Shown piece by piece: positions 27,051 through 41,300 of a stretch of 64,000 nt of DNA. Within the stretch, counting starts at the first letter, position 1. Every line of letters begins with the position of its first letter. Origin of the DNA: Basidiobolus meristosporus CBS 931.73 (Eukaryota; Fungi; Basidiobolomycota); the NCBI GenBank assembly GCA_002104905.1, contig MCFE01000194.1, forward strand, positions 62,001-126,000. The letters run 5' to 3'. The translations under genes and the position numbers were made by a program. The notes under the pieces are model-generated. The model was not told where the DNA came from. It was given only the letters and a program-made list of their open reading frames with translations, and did no database searches.

Positions 27051-30000
27051 CTCATACTGCTATAAGTCTCATTACATCAGTTCTAGAGGAATAGGGAGCT
27101 TGGTTCTATTGTTCTCACTAAACTAGGACAAAATTATGTTAAGGTACCAGCAGGTCCTTTTTTACAGTCTATTTTATCAAGTACTGACTTATTGCATTTA
27201 CAGTTATGATCTGCTGCTTGGATGTAGATGAGCTTACTGGCAAAAGGCACTACTTCTACTGAAGCCCCCATGTCATGAACTGTAGAAATGGTGAAGATCC
27301 CACTAATAATAGAAGCAAAAAAATCAAGCCTGAGAGGTGCATTACAATACCTTAATTGAAGTTCTAGGACAATATTGTGCACACAAAGAGGCTCTGGCAA
27401 TTCTTCAACAGCTGTGCCTAGGCAAACACATGTGAGTATTGCATATATTAACAAATTGATTGCAGAATAGGTGACCAGTTGAGCAGTGCTGGCTGCTGAC
27501 CAAGATCTATGGGAGCCTGTCACCTAGGAATGGCTTAAAGCTGCAGTTCACCTGCTAAAGGAAAGGAAGTAAAGATGGTGACACTTACTGAATGGAGCAC
27601 TTTAAACAAGTTATAGGCTGAGTGCAAGCTTGGCCTCAAGGTTTTAGCTATAGGGACTCAGAAAGATCAATAAAACTTAGTATAGACCTATGTGTGAAAA
27701 TTCATTAGAAATTAATCAATCTGCAGGCATTGAAAATAAGAATGCCAATCAGGTCAGTAAGTGAAAAGTGTAAAAAGTAGGCAATATCCAATCATTGTAA
27801 ACATGCACAGGAGATATATAAGTACTCATGTTCAAATTGTGAGGGAAAAGGCAGAGAGCCAATCAAAAGCAACTTTAGAGTTATTCAGATGACATATTTT
27901 TGCAAAAATCGGGGTAATCTTGGTAGCAATTTCTTTCTGATAATATGAACATAGTTTTGTAGTGGTAAAAATAACTCATTACCTTAGGATTCAGCTCCAA
28001 TGCTGGCATTTTGACAGATTGTCTCTATCATTCTCAAAGGGATAGTGATGACCTTGGGTATTGTTTGTAAGCTGAAATTAGTCTCTTTCCACGTTTCAGG
28101 TTGAGAGTTACTATAACAAAAATGCTCAGATCTAGAGCTAAAGAGCCAGACTTGCTTGATGCAGCTTATGATGAATATTGTAGTCAGAAGTACCCCTTTG
28201 TAACCTCCAGGATTTCAACAATGAATAGATCCTGTAAATCAGGCACACAGTAACTGTATCAGACCATAGGGATATATTTAAGCCTTCAAGCATTTAGGAT
28301 CTGAGCTTAATCTGCAAACCCATTGGGCTTATGGTGATATGCATCCTGCTTGATATCCCCATTAAGATGTTCAGTTTTAACATGCATTGTATCATTAAAA
28401 GCTTATATCTGGCTGAAAAAGCCAATTTGACCAGATTTAGTTAAACTTGCTGTTAGTGCTAAGGATTCAGTGTAACTATTCATCTGAGACTTTTTGGCTT
28501 AGATATAAGCTTAAATCTATTCAGTGTGTGTTGCACCTGCTCTGGGTATTTTGGAGATGAGTGGGATAGAAGTATATTATGTATTTCTCACTTACTGACC
28601 TAAGCAATGTAATGTTCAGGTATTGGATAAACTAGGGCCATTCAGCAGCTGAGTAGTTACTTCACAATTGTTGACTAGTTTCAGTCACTAAAGAACTCAT
28701 TTGGTACCCTAGTTTTACCACTTTTCTCTAGATCTGTGACCCTACAATAATATCCCTGCTGTAAAGATGAAATCAGCACTTTTACCAAGAATCATGTATT
28801 GGCTTGGAAGCTGTGAAAATATGCTCTCAAGTAGTGAGGGAGCCCTCTATTGGAGAGTTAAGACTGTGTCACATTTTTGAAGATATGAAAGCCTGGCCTA
28901 CTCAAAAGGTCAGGAGGGGGAGAGAAAGGCCTTTAATGTTGTATATTTTTACAACAGAATTCCTTTACAGGACACATTTATGCTTTTAATACAGCCAAAT
29001 CAGCCTATGCTTTCTGGGGATGCTCTGTAGAGTATGCCAACCATTGAGCAAACCTTATTTAAAAAGAAAATTTTTCATACATATGGAAGAAGCCTGAGGG
29101 TGATATGCTACAGCTCATAACCAAAACAGGGAAACTTACAAAAGTTACCTAGGGTATTGATGTAGGTGCCAATGAAGAAAATATAATCTGACCACTTTGC
29201 AGATTACTGGATGAGTATGAATAACTCCCATTCTTATATGAGGGCCAAGAAGACAGCTTAAGCTTTGACTCTTCAAATCAAGACTTCATTATGTAGTGCT
29301 AAAGCATTATGACCAAGCAGAGCAAACTAAATATCATACTTTATTCAGACCACATTAACATACAGAAAAGAAGGGAAAGCACCAGCAACTAAGAATACCT
29401 GATTGGTGTTCCAGCAGACTGAAGCCAAGGTGCAAGGCAGCAGAGTATAACCAGAAACAAGCTCACAAAAGAAATAGAACAGGCAAACTGGGAAGAAACA
29501 AACAGATTTTTAAATGTAACTAGAACAAGCAAACCATCTTAATACAGTGGGCAGCTGTTTATAACAGTGTCAGGGAATGCAAGAAACAGTAATGAGGTAT
29601 GGTGTATTAGCTTGCAGGTTTACTGCACAGTTGTGGTACAAAGGGGAGGCTCAGCAACTGAAATAATTTTGCCAAAAGTAAGATGTATCTATATATGTAA
29701 CATTTTGCACTGCAAGTTAATGCATGTGAATCTACCCAACTATATACAAGTGACAGCTCAAGTGCCAAAAGTGAAAGACTTACAGACCTACATTGTGTAC
29801 TCCATGCTAACTGAATGCAATGTCTGTAGCAATATTTATATGGTTGGCAAGCCTGGTAACAGTTAAACAGCACAGGAGGTGTTAACAACACCAGGACTCT
29901 TACTTTTGTACAAACAGCCACTTGTGGGTACATAATAGCACTGTCCTTTGTAGCCAAGCAATGTTTTATGGCAGTCATTGCTGACAATGAATGGTAGATA

Positions 30001-30649
30001 TGGAAGAGCTTTCAAAGAGCAAAGGATCAAGCTTTGGAAGCTTTTAACACTACAATATTTAACTTGCTGTGCAAACAAAACTTCAATCTGGCCTCAAGTA
30101 TCTATAGAACTCTTGCCACAGTAAGATACACAGCCTCTCATTTGGTATTCTGCAGTTCAACTAATGTTAGTATACCTTGCTAGTTTCTTTATGTCAGAAC
30201 ACCTCTTATATATTACAATGCAAAGGTAAACATGATAAACTCAAATGTGTTGGAAGGCAAAGCACATGAACTATATTGAGAAAGGTCCCAGTAGCATTAT
30301 TGCCAAGCATATGGTTTTTGTTCAGCCTAGAGAAGCCTCATTTTCTGGGTATCTGATGCTTTGCAAAGTAATTATCTGTGAATTCCAACAAATATTTGAG
30401 CCAAATTCTCTAAGGTTTGTGGATTTGGATTTAAGTGACAATCCAGGAGAATATATAGCCATTGAATACAAGATCCGGGACACTTCCACTGTGCTGTATA
30501 TTTTACTGAGCTAATCACATACAAGCTTGTAGTTAATCAGGCTTCTCTACAGCTAATGGTCATGTGAGTTTTTTTGCAATCTTTCCATATAGAGGAGAGT
30601 GAAAAGGTGTGGCTAAGTTGTTCTAATGCTATCCAGGTGAGACTTTATC

Positions 30650-33450
30650 TAAGATATATTTACTGAGCTCAAACATGAATTGTTGTATATGTACCAAAAT
30701 ATAAGCATCTATGGTGATGTTGCAATGAGAAAGTAGTGGAGGTTTTTGACATAAGCCACAATCATTAAGAGGAACTCTTAGCAGCATTACTGTTCATGTT
30801 ACCTCCCAAGCTGCCTTATACTCTGCTTCTATGATATAAAAAGCTACAGTTGGTTCATTTCAATATCACAAAGCTGTATATTTTGCCCAACTGATAGAGC
30901 CCAAATTACAATGTCAATGAGTGTGCAGGGCTAGCTTTGATGTTTTTAGTTCAGACTGATGCAAGCCAACAGTAAAAGAGGCTTTGCAAAAGATTTAGGC
31001 CACCAGGCATCAAATTGTAGGAATTAAAGCATTATTTAGGCATGAAAGATCTTACAAAAGATGGCATCAATGGTTCCATTGCTATTTTTGTGTGAAATAC
31101 CACAGTAACATAGCCTTTGTGAGTGTAATGATGCAACAATATTGCTTTGGGGGTTCTTGTCATAACTCAGCAGCATAGAGTCATAGTCTTAGGGTTGTTT
31201 TATAATGCTCAATAGAAGCAGTAATTTGATTTTGAAAAGGAATCATTCTTTTAGCCACAGCTGTGATAACAGTGGCCAGCTTAAGGCTGCAAATGAGCTC
31301 CATGGTAGCTTAGACTTGTCTAAAGTGGTAAGTAAATTCTAGCTGCATCGCACTAAAAAATAGCACAGTATTGGAACAAACTTTAAATACATAGAAAGTA
31401 ACTGCAGCCACTTAAATGTAAGTGGCACCGCAAAGCATGCTGGATATATTTCTGCAAGAGTACTTTTGGCATAAAGCAGTAAGCAAAGAAATACAGTTAG
31501 GCTTACAGTGGGCAAAATATGCTGGTCTAATTAGATAAGGCAGAAGGCATGGCTGAGAATAGCAGAGAAGAGCTCAGGTGAGAACCATCAAGGCACAGCA
31601 GTATCTGAGGCAAGGTTACCTTTGTAGTGCATATGTTAACTTACAAGCTGAACGCAAAGGGTGTCAAGACTATATACAGTTATGTGAGTTGTTGGTACAA
31701 TAGTGTTGCATTATAGTTTACCTGTTGAGTTGTGTAACTGAGGCTTTGCAACAGAAAGACTTCCAAAATAGGGTGGTGTGCTAGTATATCAATTATGTGA
31801 CCATAGTGCTTTCCTACTTCTACACTGAAGTATTTTGTTCCTGACTTGTTGGTACTTATTTTTCAATAGCAAATAGGCAAATTCTGCTGATCTACACTCT
31901 AGATACATATCTGAGATGAATTTCTGAGCTTTACCTCTCTCCCAGTGTCTTCAGTTTCAGTTTAGTAAAGCCTACTGCAAAAATGATTTCAAGCACATGG
32001 AATCATCAGTAGTACACCTTAAAATACGTTAGATGTTAGGCACATAATCTTAATGGTTAACCTAATCATTTTATAGTTTCTTTGTGGGAGAGTTTTAGCC
32101 CAGTATGGTGATGCCCCCTTGAAATTGACCTTGAGTCACCTCATTGGTAATGGGTGAGACTTTGGCCTATAGCACTCAAGCTTTGACACTATCACTTGCT
32201 AGCAAAGATTTGGGTAGTATTTTAGGTTTGAGGTACTTTTGAAGGGCACAGCAGACTTGTCATTTTAATGTTTATCTGGATTGACTGTCTGATTCTAATC
32301 CACACCCCATATATCTAAAAGGTACATATCTGCTTGATAGTATTTTCCTTCATCAATTCTCTTGAATCTGCTATTATGATATGCCATTTGAAGGCATTGA
32401 ATAAGATTGGCTTTTAGTTGAATCATTTGATACTTATATTAGCCTATCAGTATATTGGTGTACCTATGAAATCAGCAGCATTAATCAGCATACAAATCAG
32501 TATATTCTTTTCTGGCAGAAACAGATATATCAAGTAGGATCTGATTAGGTGACAATGATGCAATCAAACAAGTCATCAACCACTACCTACACTTGTAAAT
32601 ACAATTAATCTGCACTGGCTCTGCCAAAATGTAAATAAGAAGCTGCTGGAAACTATAAAAATCAGCTCAAGATTTAGTCTATTCAATACTGGCCAAGCTC
32701 CCTATTCCTTTAACACATTTATATCAAGAGTTGTAACATATAACAGATATATATCAGCAGCCACATTCTACATCAAGTAATACAGTCAGTCAACACTTGC
32801 CAAGGCAAGATATCTTCATGGAGCTGCTTGAGTCTAAACAAAGATCAGTTATAGTTTAGAAAGAATAATAGCAGCAAATCTCTCCATTGCTCTACATCAT
32901 TTATATTAAGACTTGTAGCAGTACAATTAAATATGCTGCAGCTTTGGCACTCTACTGATTCTCCTCAAACAAGTACTCTGAAAGCATATCCTAATAGCCC
33001 CTGATACTCATAGTCTGTAGTATATGCTAATTCTATGGAATCAGAGTAAAGCATATTGCCAATCCAGACTTGTTACAGCTCTACATTGTGGTATAGTTCT
33101 TGCAAGGAAGATAATGCTATCACTGCTGCCAATCTTAAAAGTCTTGGGATCAGATTGTGGAGATATATGAAATTCTTATAGGTGGGCATGCACTAGAGCT
33201 ATGTCTGCTGTTGAAGGAGGTTTTGAGCCTGCTGATGTAAGTCCATATTGGAAAAAGAAAGATATGGACATCAAACCACTGCAATAACTTGAGCTAAATT
33301 TCAGGTCTCTCAATGCTCCTAGCTCAAAATATATAAGGACTTGAAAAACATGCAGACATATTTTCCAGGTAGAGACTGGGTGAATTAGTTAACATAGCTG
33401 CTTACTGTTTATACCAACATATGCTATAGAAGTATTATGGAAAGATGCTA
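30650..33450 (+). mobile_element. Probable hAT transposase relic
   Basis: Degenerate motifs in hAT order: BED-like GT..H (~30.78 kb), IAFVSV, CDNSGQ (TxDNxxN-like, 31262), SCIA..N (RCxAHxLN-like), WYNS, and PYWKKK...IFS..GELV (dimerisation-like, ~33.25-33.39 kb). No intact frame and no TIR. Confidence 0.4.
32372..32739 (+). repeat. Diverged Gypsy family 2 LTR, opposite orientation (368 bp)
   Basis: Reverse-complement match to 8713-9080 with the same length; ends GTTGTAACA. A further partial copy lies at ~33830-34015. Confidence 0.75.
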
Positions 33451-34099
33451 TCTGACAGCCAACAAAGCACACAACTACCAGTACACCACCAGTAGATTAT
33501 CCACTGAACCTATGGTTTAAGACTTGTAGTAGGGGTGTTGCTGGATAAAATGCTACTGCAGCATCTTTTCAATGCAATAAGCGGCTGTTGACCCAGCAAC
33601 AACCAGAATGTTGAATCCACTATGCTTCATGCAGCATATAGACTACTAGATGAACCTCATTCTAAATTACTATAAATACACTGGCACATTGTAATACTGC
33701 TCTGTTGAATAGCTTCACATCTAGCTAAGGGTTCAACACAATGGCAGAGTATATCTAATAGACTGCTATAATCTACTGCATGAATGCTTAAGCTAGAGAA
33801 GTTTTTAGCCAAATCAATTAGTCTTATGCTTATCCTATCTGTATATTGGGGTTGTCCATCAAATCAGTAGTATTAGTCAGCAGATGAATCAGCAGATCTT
33901 TATCAGACAGAAATAGATATATCAAGTAGGATCTAACTGGATGACAATGATGTACTCAAATGAATCACCAGCAACAACTTACATTAGGAAATAAAATCAA
34001 TCAGCAATTGACATGAGTTAAAATCAGCTTTGTATGTAATTAGCTGCAAAGTACAAAGCTACTAGGCAGAGTCGTTCTACCAGAGGATGTAATTACTAT

Positions 34100-34500
34100 T
34101 CAAACTGATGTGTCTGGCTGTGAGACATGGCATCAGAGGTTAGGACATCAAGGCAACAAAAATATGCTAATTGGTAAAGAATTAGCTTGTTTTGTATCTT
34201 TGTTACACAACTCCAGCCTGATTTGATGTTGGTAAGAGCTGTTTGCATGGCAAGCAAGTTAGGCAGTGCTAAAGCAGCTCAGGAGGCACCAATACCACCA
34301 AGTACTGGCTTTTAGCCCCAAGTAGCACTGTGTAATGCTTATTAAATATATGCCAATGCATAGTGATATGTACTTTGACAATGGAGGCAGTAACCTCTCT
34401 AAGGAGTTTGCCGGGTACTGCTCACCTGCAGGTACACTGCAACAAACACAGTTCCACATACACTGCAGTAAGATGTGGTGGTTCAACATTTAGTATTACA
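34100..34500 (+). mobile_element. Copia pre-integrase/integrase fragment
   Basis: WHQRLGHQG and DNGGSN.SKEFAGYC fragments. Confidence 0.65.
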
Positions 34501-35079
34501 TAGTAGAGATTGGAAGGTTTATGCAACATAATATGGGGATGGACCACAAGTAAAAAGCTGAATCCATTGTTACTGCTAAACACACTAACCATTTCTACCT
34601 TACAGCAGTGCTACATAATTTTCATCCTCTGCAGTCTATGTAGAAACAGAATCAGACCTTCAGCACCTTAACACTATTAGCATTGATGCATTTGTTGCAC
34701 CACTGGCCAAAGATCCCCAGAGCTGTAGCCACAGAATAGAAAAGGGAGTTCTCCTGAGTATTGTGAAAGAATCAAGGGGTGCAGAGTACATAGTGCAGAG
34801 AGATTCTGGTCAAATATTGGTCTTGTATATAGCTGGCTTTGGCTATAAAGGCAACAGTATTGACTTGCTCTGCAGGCTAGGCTTGGTGCTCTTGAGAGTG
34901 CCATATATGCTATGCTTGGGTAGAAAATAGTACAGAACTGTAGAATTCTTATTTTTGCTGAGACACAATCTTAATTTTGTTGCAACACTTATAAAACCAA
35001 AAGGCTCAGTAGGCTTTATTTATTCCTTTCTGATCAAGCTGAGTTAGTAAGCACCAAGATATTGACTATTTGAAATCAG

Positions 35080-35930
35080 TCTGGATGTTGAAAGTCACTA
35101 CCATGGGTATTTGACATATGGTTCAAATCAACAAACTAACATAACCTCCTGCTTACCAACCTCTAAATACACATACACCCATTACAAAAGACACACTTGC
35201 ATTGCCCCAATGTTACAGCTTTTCAGTGTAATACTTGCAAAGGTACTATTTAACTTGAATTGCTGGTACCACATTTATCTTGCAAACTTATGCTCAGTTG
35301 CCTCCATTTTTGTCATGAGTAACTTTTGACTCTCTGTAAAGAGCCTTTGGGTATTTAGCCAATGTATTCCTTCTCTCTGCAGGACTCTAGTCCCTCTTAC
35401 TGATGCACTCTGGCTCTTGTTTGTGTGAATTCCATACTAAATGGAGCAGCTACTGGCTTGTGACCAAGAGAAACCAGCATACATTGGTAAAGTTGTCCTG
35501 ATGAAGATCAGTTGTATGTTATGCCAAACACTACTGTACAAAACTTATCTGTTTACCCACACATTGGAGCTTCTTTGCTTCTTAATGCCAAGGGCATAGG
35601 TGTCTCTATGTGCCCATCTGTCCTCAGTATTTTTCAACTCTCCCTGGCTGTCCTCTAGATGCTAACTCAGTATATCTATAATAGAGCTCAAGGTAATATT
35701 CTTGGTGGGATTGCAATATGTTAGTACTTGCAACTTGACTTGTCTTTCTATCTCCTCACACATCTACTCCATAGAAAACTCCCAAAAAATGAAACAAGTT
35801 CAAATATTCTCCACACACCAAGTAAGATGGAGTAGAGAATGGATACAATAGCACCAGAGATCTATCTGTTCAGCTTTATTCTTTTTTTATAGCAGCTCAA
35901 ATCCCATCACAAACTCCTTGCATAATGCTG
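35080..35930 (-). mobile_element. Tnp2/CACTA-like relic, copy 3 (C-terminal part)
   Basis: DNA homology to 150-440 and 44330-45050. Confidence 0.6.
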
Positions 35931-36159
35931 TAATAAGTACTTTCCCTATAAAAGTTTTTTGGTCCCATAAGTGGAACCAATCAGGATCTACTGTCAAGAT
36001 CCAAGCAGGAGCCTGCAATAATACCAGCAGCCTGGAATTAATGACCATCTACACAATGATGTGACAGGATCACAACAGCATTTTGCTAATATTACAGTCA
36101 AATAGAGTTGATAAAATATAACGGTGTTTATGACATGTTTTGCCAAGAGTGGCCTGGCA

Positions 36160-37096
36160 TTGTTGCAGTCTTCAAGACAAAATACAAGGCTGATGGTACA
36201 GTTGAAAGATACAAAGCAAGACTTGTGGGCAAAGGATACTCTCAAACAAAAGGACTTGACTATACTAAGACCTTTGCACTGGTAGCTAAATTTAATTTCA
36301 TCAGATTAATTTTGGCTATTGCATCCAAATATAAGTTTTTTATTCATCAAATGGATGTAAAACTGCATTTTCAAATGAAGAGCCTGATGAGGACATGTGT
36401 ATGGACCAGCCTGATGGGTTTGTTGACCAAGATAACCCCCATTTGGTCTGCAAGCTTAAAAAGTCACTATATGGTCTCAAACAATCACCAAGAGCCTGGA
36501 ATTGAAAGATAGATTTGTGTTCGGAATCTCTGAGTTTCAACAGGAGTAATGATGACTATAGTATATACTATAAGCCAGATTGAGCAAATCCAGCTCTATT
36601 AGCTCTATATGTGGATGATCTTATTATAGCCATCAACAACCTGGCAACATTGGAAGAGACTAAATACAGCCTATCTAAGGAGTTCAAGATGTACAATCTG
36701 GGAGAACTCAGTAACTACTTAGGGATTAAGTTCTGCATAGACAGAAGTACCCAGACTATTACCCTAGGTCAATCCAAGTATATTAAAGATATACTAAGGA
36801 AGTACCAAATGGAAGACTATAAACCGGCAGCTACCCCAATGGAGACAAACCTTAACTTGGTTAAAACTCAACCAAATCAAGAGCGCTTGGTGCCATCTGA
36901 AAGCCCTGACTTTTCTTATCAATCTATGGTTGACAATCTGATGTATACCATGCTTGGAACACGTCCAGATATCTCATATTCAGTGGGAGTTGTCAGCTAG
37001 CATAATCAGAACTATGGATCTGATCATATTGCAGCAGTTAAGCGGATTTTTAGATACCTTGAAGGAGCTGCGGATATCTGCTTAAGATGCACTAAT
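36160..37096 (+). mobile_element. Copia family B RT fragment (host of later insertions)
   Basis: ERYKARLVGKGYSQ, HQMDVK, YVDDLII and GTRPDISYSVG; interrupted at 37096. Confidence 0.9.
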
Positions 37097-38271
37097 TGTT
37101 GTAAGTGTCTTGTAGATATTGGAAGTGATTGGGAGAATAAGTAGATTATGTGGTTATCCCTTAATGATTTATTGAATGTAAAAGTAGTATTTGTACTTTT
37201 ACCTGGTCTTGGTATAAAAAACACATAGAATAGGTTAAGAAAGGTCCCAAGAGCATGTGTGCAAAGTTTGGGGCTGTTTGGACAACTTTGAGAATTTTCA
37301 TGTTCTGAGTACCTGGTATTTTGGTGAAAATATTCTAAGTAAATCCCAACAAGGAACTTGGTCAATATTCTCTAGGATATGAAGGTATTGATCCAAGTGG
37401 CTAAGTTAGGTGAATATTTAGGTAGGCTATTCAGGATGGTAACTCTCACATCCTCATCAGTAGTTGGTATGCTCATAGATTCCATTTAGTCCACCAGCAG
37501 GGTGTTTCTGTTAATTAGATTTTTCATTTCTTCTCCTGGTAGCATCTTTGTAGTAAAGAGTTTACGTCTTAGATACATTTTGTGGCAGCTAAACATGACT
37601 GATTGGAGTCTTCTAATGCCTTCCAGGCATCCTTTGCCATTTTTGCTCTTGAGCATTGAATTAGCAATTTGTCCTAAACATTGAGGCAAATGCAGTTGAA
37701 GGCACTTTGTTCTTACTTCTGGTACTTTAAAGCTTCCTCTCCCATGTTGTTAGGAGGGCATTCTTCTCCCATAACAATATCCCAAAGGCCTCTTTCTTGT
37801 AGCAGCATCTCATCTTCACCTTCCAAACTTGGTAGTTAAGTCCATCCCACTTTTCAACAGAGGGAAAAATTCCAGTAATAGCAGTAGTAGATATTGCAGA
37901 GAGTGACAGCATGAGGCTCATAACTTGCAGTAAGAGTGTTGGAGATATTGGAAGTAATTGGGAGGACAAGTAGATTATGTGGTATTCACTTAAATATTGA
38001 TTGAATGTAAATGTAGTATTTATAATTTATACATGTTCTAGGTACAATAAAACAAATAATAGATTAAGGAAGGTCCCAAGAGCATGTGTGCAAATTTTGG
38101 GGCTGTTTGGACAACTTTGAGAATTTTCTTGTTTGGTGTACCTGGTATTTTGGTGAAATTCCAAGTAAATGCCAACAAGAAATTTGGTCTGTATTCTCTA
38201 GGATTTGAAGGTAATGCTCTAAGTGACTAGGTTGGATGAATATTTTGGTGGAATTACAAATCTTTATAACA
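37097..38271 (-). mobile_element. Internally deleted Copia B element (LTR 37097-~37428, gag remnant, PBS, LTR 37926-38271)
   Basis: Two B LTRs flank about 500 bp of gag only; PBS AGTTATGAGCCT; flanks ACTAAT and ACTTAT are a near-duplication. Confidence 0.85.
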
Positions 38272-38313
38272 ACTTATTCAGTGTGAGTTTGGGCATAATG
38301 ATAGTGCTGGGTA

Positions 38314-41300
38314 TGTAGTAAGAGTCTTGGTAATATTAGAAGTGATTTGGAGGACAAGTAGATTTTGTGGTTTTTACTTAATGATTTATTGAATCTTATA
38401 GTAGTATTTATACTTCTACATGGTATTGTATTACAAACACGTAGAATAGATTAAGGAAGGTTTCAAGAACATGTGTGTAAAGTGTGGGGCTGTTTGGAAA
38501 ATGTTGAGAATTCTCATGTTCTTAGTACCTGGTATTTTGGTGAAAAATTTCAAAGTAAATCCCAATAAGGAGTTTGGTTGGTATTCTCTAGGATCTGAAG
38601 GTAATGATTGAAATGACTAAGCTAGGTCAATAATTAGGTGGAATTACAAACTTCTACAACACTCCCACTAAGGTCAAAATTCGGACTAGTCAGTGTAAAT
38701 ATCTAGCTAAGATATTCAAATGTATATCTGGCTAATGGTTGGGTAAATATGTCTGCAATCACTTCATCTGTAGGACAGTAAACTTAGCTTACTAAGTTAT
38801 TCTTTATAGCTTCACGTATGAAATGATGTCTAGTATCTATGTGCTTGGTTATAGCATGAAAAGTTTGATTTCTACCTAATTGTATACATCCTTGATTATC
38901 TTGAAATAAAGTGATAGGCATTTTTTGACATTAGCTTTAATTTGTAAAGAGCTATCTTAGCCACATTGCTTTTTTTGTAACTTCACACGCTGGCATATAC
39001 TTTGCCTCTATGGTAGAAAGTGCTACAGTTGATTGCTCTCTTGAGTTCCATGAAATTGCTCCTTCACAGTAAAGAAAGGTGTATCCCATGGTGGATCTTC
39101 TGTCTTCCAAATTTTGTCCCCAATCAGCATTGGAGTATCCCACAAGCTTCTGTTCCAAATCCTTATAAGTGTATCTTAAGCAGATATCAGCAGTTCCTTC
39201 TAGGTATCTAAAAATCCACTTAACTGCTGCAATAGACTTGTTCCGTTGGATAGTGCCACATTGAGCCATGAGTGCCAAATAATGCCATAGTGTACCAGGG
39301 AGGCCAAATGAGCCTATACTTGGCCGCAGAGTGTGAAACAGAGCTCTGCATCTTCATGCAAAGCAGCCCCTGGGTTTCACCCATGATGTATGAGAAAATC
39401 CATTTTTTGATGTTTTTTTGTGGATCAATGTTGTGCAGAATGTGTAAGAGCACAGAAGAACTGAAGACATGCATCAGGTACGCAATACCCATGGCACTCT
39501 GAATCTAGCTCCTGTGGCTTGTAGCATGTCACAAAAATGCATGGCACTATCTTGGTCCACTGGTACCATCTGGCACTATAATTGCTTTGTATAGATCTTA
39601 CTTTAGGGCTAATAATTAGATACAGTGCCAGATAGTACCAGTGGGCCAAGATAGTGCCATGCATTTTTGTGACATGCTACAAGCCACAGGAGCTAGATGC
39701 AGAGTGCCATGGGTATTGCGTACCTGATGCATGTCTTCAATCCTTTTGTGCTCTTACTCATCCTGCACAACATTGACCTAAAAAAAAAGGTCAAAAAATG
39801 GATTTTCTCCAACACAATGAGTGAAACACAGGGGCAGCTTTGCATGAAGATGCAGAGCTCTGTTTCACACTCTGTGGCCAAGTATAGGCTCATTTGGCCT
39901 CCCTGGCACACTATGGCATCATTTGGCACTCATGGCTCAATATGGCACTATCCAACGGAACAAGTCTAATTTGATCAGATCCAAAGTTCTGATTATGCTG
40001 GCTGACAACTCCCACTGAATATGAGACATCTGGACATGTTCCAAGCATGATATACTCAGACTGCCAACCATAAATTGATAAGGAAAGTAAGGGCTTTCAG
40101 ATGGCATCAAGCTTTCTTGATTTGGTTCAGCTTTGACCAAGTTGAGGTTTGACTTCATTGGGGTAGCTCCTGGCTTACAGCCTTCCATTTGGTACTTCTT
40201 TAACATATCTCAAATATTCTTGGACTGGCTTAGGGTGAGAGACTGTGTACTTCAGTCTATGGAGAACTTAATCCCTAGAAAGCAACTGAATTCTCCTAGA
40301 TCAGATATCTTGAACTTGTTAGATAGGCTGGATTTGGTCTCTTCCAGTGTTTCTAGGTTATTGATGGCTATAATAGGATTATCCACATTTAGAGCTAGTA
40401 AAACTGGATTTGCTCTTGTTGGCTTATAGAATATACTCTAGTCAGCATTACTCCAGTTGAAACTCAAGAATTCCAAATCAGAATTTATCTTGCAATTCCA
40501 AGCACTTTATGATTGTTTAAGACCATATTGACACTTTTTAAGCTTGCAGACCAAATGAGGGTTGTCTTAGTCAGCAAACTCATCAGGTGGTCTATATACA
40601 CATCCTCATCAAGTTCTCCATTCAAAAATGCAGTTTTCACATCCATTTGATGTATAAAAGTCTTGTATTTGGCTGCAATAGCCAATATTAATGTGATGGA
40701 ATTAAACTTGCCTACCGGTGCAAAGGTCTCAGTATAATCAAATCCTTTTGTTTGAGAGTATCCTTTGGCCACAGCTCTTGCTTTGTTTCTTTCAACTGTA
40801 CCATCAGCCTTGTATCTTGTCTTAAGACCAATCTGCATCCAATTGATTTTTGGTTGATTGGTAATTTGACCAAGTCTCAAGTTTGGTTTGCCATTAGGGC
40901 CTGATATTCCCCAGTCATTATGGATCTCCAAAACATTGTTGGAGGGCTATTTAGGGCCTCTTTTGCAGTCTGGGGCTCATCAATATAGACTGAATTGGCA
41001 TGGGCCAAGCTTTTACCCTAATTGATATGGTAATTTGAGCTGTTTCTTGTCCAATTGGATCTCCAGGCATTTGATACTGAAAGGATAACATCTGGGATAC
41101 TCCTTGGTACTGCTTCAGGCTGAATCACTGTTTTAGAGTCCTCTAGAGTGAAAAAACTCTCATTGTTTTGCTCTGATTCAATCCTGATAAGTGGTGGACT
41201 TGAGATCAGATTTTTGTCACCATCTGATGTCATTTTTTGTGAAAATCCTGAAGTTTCATCAAAAAACACATCCTTGGACTTGATTAGCTTCTTTGCCTTG

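Noticed and set aside
39220-39969. Mirror-image ORFs inside the foldback element
   Set aside because: They arise from the palindrome, are short and are not preserved in copy 2.
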